Below are positions 1 through 12,179 of a stretch of 64,000 bases of DNA, in pieces. The notes below the pieces were generated by a model, which did not search any database, had not been told where the DNA came from, and saw only the letters and a program-made list of their open reading frames with translations. The first letter of the stretch is position 1, and each line of letters starts with the position of its first letter. A program made the position numbers and the translations under genes. The stretch is from Amphiscolops sp. MND2022 (lineage: Eukaryota): positions 6,140,001 to 6,204,000 of the forward strand of contig OZ076409.1 in assembly GCA_964187785.1 (NCBI GenBank). The letters are read 5' to 3'.

Positions 1-430
1 AGAAACGAATTCAAGTGACGCGAACGAGAATAAAGCAGACTACATAATCACCAGAGACGAAACAAATTACGCTGACCACGCGACGCACAGTCGAAATGAA
101 AGATTAAATGATTACGTCACTATGAGAAATGAAACTAGTGAAGTGACTAGAACTGAAAAAACTGATTGGCCGAATCCGGCCGTTTCCCCAAAAACTCACA
201 AAAAATCTTCGCCGAATCCGGATGAAGGACTGAAAAACGACAAAAATTTTCCAGAAAGAAACTCAATGAATGAAAATGACGCACAAAATTCTCCAAACAG
301 GGGGGATGATATTGTCGTGCCCGAAATATCAGAAAATGAGGCTAGAAATGAACGTCTGAGCCCTGGAGAAGGGAAATATAAGCTCAGGCCTAATCCTAAC
401 CCAAACTACTCAGAAGACTTCAGATACTAA
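1..430 (+). CDS. 3' end of a Gypsy-like pol ORF (tail downstream of integrase)
   Basis: ORF ends KYKLRPNPNPNYSEDFRY*. The same LRPNP motif ends the pol of the minus-strand Gypsy element near 24000 (LRLRPNPTPKTYP). No catalytic domain lies inside the window. Confidence 0.6.
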   Translation, partial: ETNSSDANENKADYIITRDETNYADHATHSRNERLNDYVTMRNETSEVTRTEKTDWPNPAVSPKTHKKSSPNPDEGLKNDKNFPERNSMNENDAQNSPNRGDDIVVPEISENEARNERLSPGEGKYKLRPNPNPNYSEDFRY

Positions 431-666
431 GAATTGAATTCTTCCCGAAAAAGGGACTTCTCTTCTTTTATCTTTTTGATTTTTCTGGCCCCTCTAGTAT
501 CTTCTGAATAAATAATGGGACAATACAAAGGATCCCTTGCAAAAGGATAAATACGGGACCAAATAGATACAAACAACAAAAAAACAGAAATCAAAGACAA
601 ATGAAAGAATTAATACAACAAAGTCTGTGAATTAGCGTACATAAATACATATGTACAAGTTACTTT

Positions 667-3600
667 TCAGAAGTTGAGGGCGAGAATCACTGGCGACAGA
701 TGAACCAGATGACAAGGATCTTGCACTGCCCATTCGCCTTCTCTCGAAATTTGTTGAGCAGACTTTTCAGGTACAGGAGAAGTTTCCCTAGGATCCAAAC
801 TGACAACGTTCCCTTGAGGGCCTGCAACTGCTACTTTGTGAGAAGACAATAGAGCCTTATAGACTTTCGAACATCCAAATGTATCCACATAATCCCAAGG
901 ATCATATGTAGGGGCAAATGCTGTCCTTCCGAAATCTGATGCAAGCGGAGAGAACTTCGACAAATTTGAATCCTGACTGCAGAACGGGACCGAATCAGAA
1001 ACTCCAGACAAATAACTTTCACCCGGCAACACGACATCGGTAAATCTTCCATGGAGGCCCATAAGACCAATATTACCAAAAGTAACAGAAGGGAATTCCT
1101 CTGCGGGCTGTAATGCACAGGCAACACAATTTGAAGAGGTGGAGGAGGAAGTCAACCCTCATAAGGAACTCGATCAAATCAGCAGATAAATCAGTGAAAT
1201 TGAAGTCAGCTGGATAAGTAATCCGCAAAGGATCTACCAGACCAAAGTATTTTTCACGATAAGAGATTCATCAGCGTCCATGACCCATGACCGTAGAAGG
1301 AAGGTATTATAGAGCATCTCAAAATCCCGCAAGGCAACATCAATTGGACGGCTGAATAGAAAGTAAGGATTGAAAGCTGCCAAACCTTGGACCAAGTGAG
1401 AGTTCAGACACACCTGGCGTAGCACCCCTTCTATCATGTGCTTGATGAAACTGAGTGCCTCCTGAACAAACTCGTTCTCCACTTCACTGATCGTCTTCTG
1501 GACTGTGGCCTTATCAGGATTTTTGCCAACCAGGAGTCCCTCAGCTTTGATTTTACTGGCTGCTGCTACCTTTGAAGAGAGTTCAGTCGGATCAAGAAGT
1601 CCTCAGCTTCCTTGAACTTCCCCTCTGCTGTCTTGAATCCCATGAGGAGGAACCAAGAATTCTCCAAAGGGACAGTGTCAGGGGTGAAACAACGGGAACA
1701 GAGTCGGTATACGAATTGATTAGCTTCACCGAATAGATAGAAGGACGCATCTCGTCGCTGGAGGAGGTTAATTACGAAGCTGGACAAATCTGCAAACACA
1801 ACAGGAAAATGTTCGAAACAGGCAAGAGTGAATCTAAGGATTACAAGAAGTTACTGACAGTCATTGACGATTCGCTGGAAGAACTCAAGCTTGACGGTAA
1901 TAAACTCATCGCAAATGAGTGACCACTCAAAACTCTGCACCTGTAAAACATGAAGGCTTCGTTAATACTCACTAGAAGACCATGGAGTTGGGCAGTCCAA
2001 AAGAGTTTAAATCAACTACACAATGGAACAATTAGGACAGGTAACTCACTCGGCTTCTGACTCCTTGACCCTCTTGTCTAGCTGAGTGGACAGTCAAATA
2101 AGTGCGCACGTTCTTCCATTGATTGACCAGTTCCGTGCACATCGTTGGCAGACTTTTGAGGTCTATTTTGCATGAAGTAATCGCCTGAAACAGAAGAGTG
2201 AGAATGAAATAGCTGCCCCTAATCCTGAACCTGTGAATTACAGCAAGTTCAACACTAACCAGTTGAAGCTCAGGGGACTCTAAAACCCAGTCGTCTGTCT
2301 GAGACCCACCCAGGGAGACCAGGAGGACTTGCGGCACCGAAAAGAAGTCAATTTTCCCAAAGACGCTATAACTTCTTTTATGCATCAGAGAGAACAGCGA
2401 TAAGTGTTCGAAACGAGAACAACTTTGGACTCCACTGGGGAAGTAGCTGCAATGATCAAGGGTGCGTACGAAATCCACGGGACACCCGGAACATGCCACG
2501 ACATCAGCTCTAGTGGAAACCACAGAAAGGAACCGGGACAGTGATCCAAGCTCACCAGTAAGCTGTGATGACGGGAGTTTACTGCGGCATATGAAGACTC
2601 GACACAATTTGTCACACTCTCAGAAGCGCACACTCATGTGCCGATAGGTGCCGAAATCTTCAAACTCCACTGAAAAGCACTGTTCGGACGCTACTACTTG
2701 GGCGATGTCGTCCATTGCGCAAACAAAGATGTGCTGGAATATGGCCTGAAAAGAACATCAATACTTAACATCATACAATATAACGCCCCTCCCTGTCGCT
2801 TAATGTGGATTATACTTACAGTGAGACGTTCTTCCCCCCAGTCGAAATCACAAAGTGTAGATTGGTAGTTCGTGAAGGAACTGATCCTCGCGCACAAATT
2901 ACGCAGTAGAGACAGATCACCGTGTGTTTGCATGTAGTCAGAATTGATGCAGATTTGAGTTTTGGCTCGTGAGTCGGGCGTTACTAATGCAAAGGGACTC
3001 CCTTTGATGAAATCGTCATAGAAAGGAAAGCGCTCCCCTATGTCCACTAACTCAGCATGAATAAATTTCGGTAGATCCTTGGCTAGCTCAATTTTTGTCA
3101 GCTCTTTCCCATTCCGGCCTCGCACCCTATGCTGGATCTTTCCGCTGATGGGGTCAATGCTACGGAGATGTTCATATCTCCACCTTTGATCACGCCTCAG
3201 ATGTTTTTTCGATCTGTGATGCCGTACGATCTCGAAAGTGCCTTTAGTCCTGATGGAGATATTCTTCTTTCAAATGGGGCACCACACCATACAAGGATTA
3301 GGCAGCGGGTCAGCGGGCCCAGAAATGAAGGACCGCGTCCAACCAATTTCGGAGAAAAACTCCTCTCTCATGGGGACCCCCGCTGGATTGTCCCAGGCTT
3401 TCTCTTAGCTTTCTTACGCTGGGGTGCCGTGCTAGTCCTCTTCTCGATTGCTGCTTCCCTGATTTCTGACAGTGTTTCATCAGGGCAACTCATCTCGCTG
3501 GAAGTTCCAGCTTCAACGGACTTGACTGGGGCCCTTGTGGCGGAGGTGGGTTTCCTGGAGACCTCGGCAGTGGATTTCTGGATTGATTCAGTAATCAAAG

Positions 3601-4779
3601 CCATTTCCGCTGCACTGTCCGATTCCTCAAAATTGGTTGTCATGTCCTCTCCAGTTGAAGCGCCAGAAGATCCTGGGATAGGCGGTCCAGAATACAGATC
3701 ACTTTATGTCCCCCCTTCGCTGGTGTCACTATCCATGCGAGGATGGGGAGTTTGGGCTCGTTGCCGGGATCGAAAATGGTCAGTCCGCGACTGTGCAGTT
3801 GTTGGAGCGCCTCTTACTGCTCCTAAAACCATGTTTTCCACAGTCGTGAAAGACTGACTCAGGGTCTCGTTGGTGAGAGTTTTGAGGAGGTGATACAATT
3901 GTGGTTCACTGAAGGCCACGGTAGGGTGTCCTACTGGCAAGGAAAACGGCGGAGTCTCATCAAAAAATTGCTTGAGTATCGCCCTGCTTCTCCCGGATAA
4001 TTCTTGAACGGGAACACCTGTTATGTGCCCTGAAGTTCCTGGTGCCACTCGGAGGACTGTCTCAGTACCGGGGCCTGATTCGTCCCTCCTTCTGTTCCCG
4101 ATTCCGTGTCACCAAATGTGATATTTTGGGTAAGGTGATACCCTAGCCTGCTTATCTCATCTTCGGTTTTCTCTGCCTCGCTCGGCTCAGTTGGGAGTAC
4201 CCCTTGAGTTGTTAATCCAGGTAAGGCTGGAACCTCATATATGGAGGAAGAAGTATCTTCGCCAGCAGCGAGTTGAGTTTCAGAATGTTCTCTAACAAAG
4301 GGGGTTGTAACGGGGACCAATTCAGGCAAGCTGAACTCTGTTGTAGCCGTCACCATAAGAGCCGACTCAAGAGATGTCAAACTACTGGAATGTGCTTCGC
4401 CTTGGCTGACTGGGACTGGGGTACTTCTCCGAACTGGGCTCGCTTTTTCTAAATCTACGGATGCTCGTTCAAGGATCTGTTGGGTTTGCGCCCTCGTGTT
4501 GTCTGTCTGCTCAACCCCTGGAGTTGCGGACCCCTCCTTCGAACGTACAACGTTATCGGCGTACTCGTTAACATCCTCATCACTGCCATCTTCCTTAGAG
4601 GAAGCCTGTTGTTCGGACTGACTTTTCAGCTCAGGGTTTGTGCTGCTATTTTCGGCGGGGTCTTGGACGAAGGCTGGATCTGGTGTCTGTTGATTTTCTT
4701 GGATTCTCTTGGATTCTCTTGGATTCTCTAAATAGAAAGAGATGAATTTTCGCGGTGAGCTTCCTTGGAAAGAATCCAT
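667..4779 (-). pseudogene. Antisense multi-exon gene, hAT-transposase-like (BED/TTF-type zinc finger), disrupted by stops and frameshifts
   Basis: Chain of minus-strand ORFs. Reading near 3195-3285 gives WCPI*KKNISIRTKGTFEIVRHHRSKKH (C-x2-[C]...H-x4-H). Phase-0 GT-AG introns at 2746-2819 and 2185-2259, and probably 1941-2049, join the frames. The exon after the first intron reads CFSVEFEDFGTYRHMSVRF, similar to the hAT catalytic strand. Confidence 0.6.
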
Positions 4780-5854
4780 TAAACCCCATTAGAAATCTTC
4801 CGGAAGTGTTTGAAATGTGAATTAAACGTGTTAGCACGTGCCGAATGACGAAACAGGAAGCGCCTATTGAACAAGTTAGCTCTGATCAAATTATATTAGT
4901 TCAAAGTTTGAAATCCAGACCAACCTGAGTTAGAAGACATTTTCCTGCTGTAGCGTTGTCTTCTGAGAACAGTCCTCAATTGCCTTGGGTGGTTGGGGAA
5001 TAGGACCGAAAGCGGCTGTAGGTGGAGAAAGCCTGAAGAGAGTCTGATGGAGGAATAGCCAGTAACGGGTATAAAGACGAAAGCAACCGGACGTTGTAAT
5101 CAGAGATCCGGATGTGTGAATGGTGTAAATATAACAGTTACAAAAGTAAAAGGAATTGGGATGTAACAGTAGTCGAGTGACAGTAGTCAAAAGACTAAAA
5201 GTTGGAGTTCGTGGCTGAAGAAATTACCAGACTAATATTATATAGTTATTTACATATTTAAAAGTGTACATGGAGTCTGCCAGCGAAATGTACAGAGAAA
5301 TTCTCCACTATTTACAGCTTGTTTAGTTAGTAGCCAGGCACGGCCATTTGCATTATCCTATTTACCGCTTTGTACTTTTATCCTAGTTATCCTGAGTTAG
5401 AATTTCCAGCATTTTAGGCTGTTTTAGCCATTCTTTTTGCCATTTTATTTATTCACTTTTCATTTTATCGATGGGTGCTTCTGATTGGCTAAGGCCATTT
5501 TGAGAAGATTCAGTGACGCGTGCCACTAATTACCGACAAAAAACCCGTTAACTTCCCACTTGAAGTGAAGTTATTTGTTGATAACAGCTCAAAGACTATT
5601 CTCATTGCCACTTGAGAAAGTGATATAAAAGGGGTCACCGCCTGAAATTCAAAAAAGTGATGCCGCTGAAAATTCCATTCAGGAAAAGTTTACGACGACT
5701 CAGGACGATTAACCTATGTATCTACCGCCGACTCGGAAACCCGGAAAAACGTCCTAACTCTGCCTGCGACGGAACTTCGATAAATTCATTCTGTCTCCAA
5801 TTGAATCAGTAACCAGTTGTTCTACCAGCTTCAAAAATCGCTAAAAGTTTTATA

Positions 5855-6639
5855 ATGGAGAAATTTAATCTCTCGAGAAAACTGTTCGACATGGATGGAT
5901 TTGAGTCAAGTGACTCTGGTGACTCTGTTATCTACATATCGAGCAGCGAGGACGAGTACACTGAAGCCTGGGAGACAGATTGCTCCACTGATACAGAGCA
6001 GCTGATAGCCCGCATAGAGAGAGAAGTCACGACTAGTCCTATGCTTATTGGAGGCAGAATTATGACAACTGAGATACCTGAAGAAGACGAAATGGTAGCT
6101 GGGCCAGCACATCTAAGGTGACAGTGGAGATGACGCCAAAGTTGGACCATAAATATTTTGACCAAGAAAGATGCTATGCCCCATCCAAGAAGATTGAAAA
6201 GACGCGAATCGAACTTTGCAGTACAATCTTACCGGTTCTAGAATCACCAATGTCTCCACCGGATCATGAAAGAGAGCCGAGTCAAGATACTCCTTCAGTC
6301 TTACCTGTCACAAGTGGCTTTCACGCTTCCTATCTCATTCAAAATGCAAAGCCTTATGACAACCTGAGCAGACAAAGATGTACCAGCTGTATGGTTTGCG
6401 AAAAAGCAGTAGATGAAATCAAAGAAGAAAGGATCAACTGGTACATGGAGAGGTCAACTCCACGTGACGAACCTGAATTCATCACAAAACTAAGACGAGA
6501 GGCCTATGTCAACGGATTGAATGCAGGTAGTTTGCTCTTTATTGCTCCTGCAGTGTCGCAGGCTGCCGCCTGTGACGAAAATAGTTACACCACAACGGCG
6601 TCCGGACAGGACATAACACCGGGAACACTGCCAATTTAA
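5855..6639 (+). CDS. Small accessory gene (two overlapping ORFs, probably one frameshifted gene): acidic SIM-like N-terminus and a Cys cluster
   Basis: ORFs 5855-6121 and 6118-6639. TATAAAAG near 5624 upstream. AATAAA at 6638-6643 overlaps the stop. Motifs VIYISSSEDE and CTSCMVC. Confidence 0.5.
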
Positions 6640-7780
6640 TAAAACGCAAACAACAAACTTTAGAAACTTGGTTTAATCACGTTTTTCCTTATGTTCATTT
6701 ATCCATGTAGTGTTTATGTATTTTGATAAAGCCAGTATTAGTCTGTTAAAGTTGTACAACTTGGAAATGTCCAAAGCAAGCTATTATGCAATGAGTGCAA
6801 ATAAAATGCGAAAATACTTGATTGTAAGCTGAAGCAACTGTAAAGCAGTATAGGAAACGAGTTCAAGTGATGTACAGTGCTAATCCAAAAGCGTCACTTG
6901 AGCTCGTTGTCCTGGCCAATCATATCGCTTCAATTTGTGAGATTAAAACAATTTTAATATAATGGCGGCCGAATAAGGCCAATTGACTCAACATGTACGC
7001 TTTGTTTCACACATTGGTCAAAAGGCCGGTTTCGGCCTTCTCGTTAAAATATGATGTTGCTCAATATATTTGTACTGGTATTTAACCGTATTACTCAGGA
7101 ACTACTCTAAACGTGTTGCTAGTGTTAAATGAACACTCCCGTGCTGTTTAACGAACTAAACAAACATAGTGCTAACTTGAAGGCCGGACAAGGCTTTTTA
7201 CCCCTTTCCCTTCAGTACTGGATTAATTAATCGGATTTGGCCGTTTCCGGCCTTGTTAGGAAAGTACTTTGTTTTAATAGTGCAGTTTTATTTTAAACAA
7301 GTCAAGCTTGTATTACTTAATTTTGTTCTACCCAGTGCTAAATAACAGACGCGTGGCGACGTACGCTGCATTGACATTCCAATGGGATGCTTTTCACATT
7401 CCGTCAACGAGTATTGGTATTTGTTGACAAAATGATGATGATGTTTTCATAAATATGCTACTTGAAGTTGCGGCTTGTATACCCGCTAGAATGTTATTCG
7501 TTTGATGTTGAGTTCTCAGAAATTATCTGAATGTTAGGAATTTTCCCAATCGGGACTTCACCAACATATGTGCTTTGAAGGCATGTATCTTGTAAACCTA
7601 TTTCTTAACTAGGATTATGTGAGAAATGTGAATGTCACCCACTCATGAGTATATATACTTGAATTTAGCCTGAGTGGGACACAATTCATACTGAATGCAT
7701 CTAGTGAAGATTGTTATACAAACGGTTCCACTGTTATTTTCCGAGTTAAAAATTTCATTGTTCAATTCGGATTATTTTCG

Positions 7781-8364
7781 ATGCCTACCACGAGGAAGCA
7801 GAAAAAAGCTAGAAAGTCAAGAGGAATTGAGATGCTCTCAGATATAGGGAACTTAGACATCATGCTTGGTGAAAATCACTTTGACAGAAATGAGAGATGA
7901 AAGTATTAGTAGTAACCGAGCTAGGAGGACTGGAAGTGCTTCAGGGGACGAAGTCGAAAACAATGATGAAAATAACCATTTGAATATAGGAGATTTTGGT
8001 CCTGGTACTAGTGCCAATCATGGCCGAAACTCAACAGGAGGTAAATCGAGTGCCGAGATCAATAAGTTATCAAGTGAGTTGAACTCAAGATTGTCTAGAG
8101 TACTAGATGAAATGATGAGTAGTGTCAACACCCAAATCCAAAGAGCAATTAGTGATGCGATTAGTGATCAGATCTTACCGCAAATTCAATCCGTCCTAAA
8201 TGCCGGATTGGGACAACCGACACTAAACAAGTGGAACGCTCCGTCCGAGAGACCGGGGATGAATTCCGAGGAAACTTACGGTGAGAAAACTAAGAAAAAC
8301 AATAGAAGTGAGCAGCGCTGTGATTATCAATTGGGTAGTCAACCTAATTTACGCGCTTACGACA
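7781..8364 (+). pseudogene. Gag-like N-terminus encoded within the LTR (frameshifted)
   Basis: ATG 7781 MPTTRKQKKARKSRG... shifts into ORF 7866-8390, which has a helical segment (INKLSSELNSRLSRVLDEMM) and crosses the CGACA terminus. Confidence 0.55.
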
Positions 8365-10006
8365 AGTCTTTTTCAACTCCCATCTCATAGAGTGCGATAA
8401 AAAACGTTCAGCCGTAACAACATCCAATTACAACAAAACTAGTTTCGTAACAAATTCATACATGGAGGTACTTGAATTGTTTAATGCGTGAAATCAGAAA
8501 AAAGCCAAAACTCCTATTTATTAAATTATTGCTTTTTCTTGCAGTTTTGAACGTTTTAGTGGGCAAAATTTCATTGCTACGCTCAAGCATAAAACTCCTT
8601 TTCAATATTTCGACCATCTCTTATTCAATCTCTTTCAGAACGTTTTTCTGTTTGGGTATGAATGTCCACAGAGTTCAATGACAAAAAAGGCAGCGACTTA
8701 GCAAATTATTGTTTCGAAAAATCGGAAGTTTTCAAAAGTTTTTGGTCAAAAGACCAACGCAAACTGGAATTATTGAGTTTAAATATAAAAGAACGGATTC
8801 CAAATTTACCTCACGTTTTCTAGATGAATTTTGCACATTGAGTTTTAAGATGCGAAAAAGGGTGTTTTGATAATGTCAACAGTCAAGACAAAACGCCATT
8901 TCCTCGCTTTTTTGCGTTTTGGAGGCGGAAGTTGGGTAGTTTGAATCTAGCCAATACCGAATTTCTCATCTTTTAAATTTGAACTGTCCCAGTAGCAGTT
9001 TCTGATACAACACATACAACCTGAAGTATCTCGTATATCACGCATAGAATTGTGATTATTTCACTTCCGGTTGTTATATGATTTTACAAACTCAGCTTAG
9101 TTTCTGGGAAGCGTCTCAAAGGTGTTTTTATCGGCTAGCTGAGAACCTTTTCCTGAAGAAACTAGAAGATAAAAAAGGGCCAATTGTTCGGTTTTTTTTC
9201 GAGCTTGTGAAATCTTTTGCATTTTTTTAAAGTTTCAAGCAAGATCTGAATAATTCGATATTTTGCAAACACCTGGAAATTCCAAAGTCTATATCTTTCT
9301 GAATCTTCGACACTTTGTGACTTCAAAAATTGAAGGAATATTGTTTTCAAGACTTCAGCGGGTGGCCATGGTGGGCTTTTCAAGGGTTGTTATAGCTTCA
9401 AATAAGAACATTGTCGCTTGGCTTGCAGAATAGGAGGAAAAGTGTCGACATAGTTTTTCCTTCAATTTAAATTTTTTTCGAACTTACCTGGATCAAGTTT
9501 CGAAGTCTGTCAATTTCCAGCTCGAGCTCTTGTTTTTTCTCGGAGCGTTCATCGCAAGTTTTTTGAGTGGCCAAGCACTCCTGAACTTTCTTCCTCATGA
9601 GCTGTTTTTCTTCACAGAAAACTCCATTTGGTTTAGCCAGCTCAATGTTGGCCTCAGCGAGTTCGCTAGAAGACATAGATCAAGTTTTCAATTCTGTTGC
9701 AGAAATGCTGACTCGTGAATCATTGCAAAGTTTTGGGTTGAAGATTTGATGCTAACTTTTTGCACTTCTGATTTTAGAAAAATTTTTTAAACATGGGCTA
9801 ATGGACAGTTTCTTCTGACTGACGCTTGAAAAAAGCCTAAAAATCGGGAAATATAAAAGGAAAAGTCACCCTGATAACCATAAGTTTAGTTCCGAAAACT
9901 TCAACTTCCTTTTTTCGGTAACCGGACATTACGCCCGATAATTATTTATACATACAACAATCTTTCAGGTTATTGGGCGTTATGTGCTCATACAAGAAGT
10001 GAACAA

Positions 10007-10225
10007 ATGAGAAACAGTCTGTTCAAGAGGGTAGTACATCTGTGGAACGTTTTACCTGATAAAATGAAAAGTGGAAATCAAACGTATGATACACTGAAGA
10101 AGAGACTAAAGAATAATTTTACTGAGAAATTCATAAGTCAAGTTGATAGACCGCAATATAGCCGGAAATGTTGGAGTGAGTATCGGTTTAAATAATAATT
10201 TGAATAAATAATTTACAATAATCGT
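10007..10225 (+). mobile_element. 5'-truncated 3' end of a CR1/L2-group LINE
   Basis: RVVHLWNVLP...TLKKRL resembles the ORF2 C-terminal motif of these LINEs and is followed by an AAT-rich tail. Confidence 0.6.
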
Positions 10226-12179
10226 CATTATTATCATTAATTTGAATTTTACACTGCCCTCGTATATGTGAAATCTTTTCTATTTTATCATAATGCGAGG
10301 AAATTCAGTGTTTTTTTATGTCCCTTTTGGGCGTAATATCTTTGGGCGCAATGTCCTAGAACCTCTTTTTTTCCTGTCTATGAAACACTACGATCGTTTT
10401 GTGATCAGCGAGGACATTTGATTGTGTCATGGTCATTTTATAGATTTCGGATGTCGTTTGCGTTCTCACAACAGTTTCTATACCACTTGTTGTTTTCTGT
10501 TTGACAATTCTTAACAAGACGCCAGCTGAGCAGCGAGATATTTTCCGCCCCGAATTGTTCTACAACTACATAAATTTGAGGCTAAAGAATAGCCAATGCA
10601 CTAAAAAAAGCATAAGAAGTTCGAAGAAAAGAAAACTTCGATTCATCTTTGCCCATTTTTAAAGGAAACACCTATTTTATTAATTCTGCGATAGCTGGCC
10701 AGTTTTCGTTTTTTCGGCACTATGCGACTTACAGAGTAAAAGAAACTTTCATTTTTCTTCGAGAACAATTTTCGAAAAATATTTTTTGCAATTTTTAGTT
10801 TTTGAGGTTTTCTGTTGTGAAGAAAAAAGGTTTCTCGAGTCTTGAGGGTGACCTCTTTGTTACTTTTAATCATGTGGAACTGATGAGGTTTCTTATTCTT
10901 TGTTGAAAATACCCCATTTAAGTTTTTTGACGGCTCTGTGCGTCTTCCCGAAATTTTCATTTGGTCGAAGGTTTTTCCTTGGTTTCACAGCTGATTTCGG
11001 CTTGAGGAAAGTAGTTTCTGAACTGAAACTTGTTTCTCCATCATATGATTTTACCGAAAAAAATATAAAAAATTGGATTTTTGTCAATAAGCTAATCTGA
11101 TTTCTTTTCGAAACACTACCGGTACCTAAATGTTTCAATCCTGAGCCCTTGGGTTTTCCGATTGAAGTAAAAAATCCGAAAGGGTCCAAAATTGGGACTA
11201 CGTTGTCGAAAATTGAGGAAAATTGGAACTTTTGACACCTTTGTTGTAAACTCGATGAACTTCTTCCTACTTTTCCTCCAAAATTGTGTCTTAAATACCA
11301 GTTTGTTTCAACGCTGGGGTCAATGGAATTTCTATTCTACGAAAATTTCCGTGGTATGATCAAAAAGTGAAAATAATTTGTCAAAACATGTGCCTTTTTG
11401 TTGTTCAAGGAACTTTGGGTAGTTTGAGACCAATTCCAACCAAAAATTGCAATTATATTTTCCAAATAGACTACTGGATACCAGGATCAGCCATTATTGA
11501 CATTGTTGAGTTCTTAAAACCTTTTTATGCAGCTCAAAAAGTGTACAAAAACTTCCTAAAAATGTAAACAACTTGAAAATTTTCGGTTTTTGCATTATTT
11601 GGGTCTTTCTGAAGAAACTCTCTTGCACAAAAGCTGTAAATTTCTCTTCAAATACGTGCTATGGATCTAGTTTTATCATCTAGAGCTGTTCGAAGATTTT
11701 ATCTTACCGATATTTTTCAATCTCAACAAAATTCACTGGCAATGTCAGAATTCAGAGAAATACTGACATTTTCGATTCGTTGTGGTCAATTTTGAGGCAT
11801 TTTCCAACCGAAATCTGCAACTTTGTCTTTAAGGGCCGACTTGACTTATGCGTTCGATCTTTGTTGAACGTTTGTCATCCTTCTGAATCCAAAACGATTT
11901 GAAAAGTAGACAAAAGTTGCCTAAAAACGTTGATGTTGAAAGCAAATAAATGTTGGTGTTTTTGAAGCAAAACGCTGCAACGTTCTCTTCAAAAAGTGTA
12001 TTGCATAGCTCGTTTTTTCGTTGTTGAGTGTTATGCAACTAATAACGAAGACTCTCGTTGTACAGAAAATTGTACAGAACTTGCATCAAAAACAACAAAA
12101 ACTTCGAATTTTTCGACAATTTAGCGGTCAACTTTAAGCTTTTTTCTTTTAGAAATTGAACTTATCTGTTGACGAAAGC

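Larger units (their letters stand above)
1..8364 (+). mobile_element. 3' portion of a Ty3/Gypsy-like LTR retrotransposon with accessory genes, ending at ...TACGACA
   Basis: pol tail, then extra genes, then a Gag-like ORF start at 7781 that is cut off at CGACA (8360-8364). The TSD-flanked LTR at 19892 ends in the same CGACA on the minus strand. The LTR 5' boundary is uncertain: TGTAAC at 5162 after a purine-rich run, or TGTCAC near 7633. Confidence 0.65.

Noticed and set aside
3129..3857. 242-aa plus-strand ORF
   Set aside because: Antisense shadow of the minus-strand gene, with no recognisable motif.
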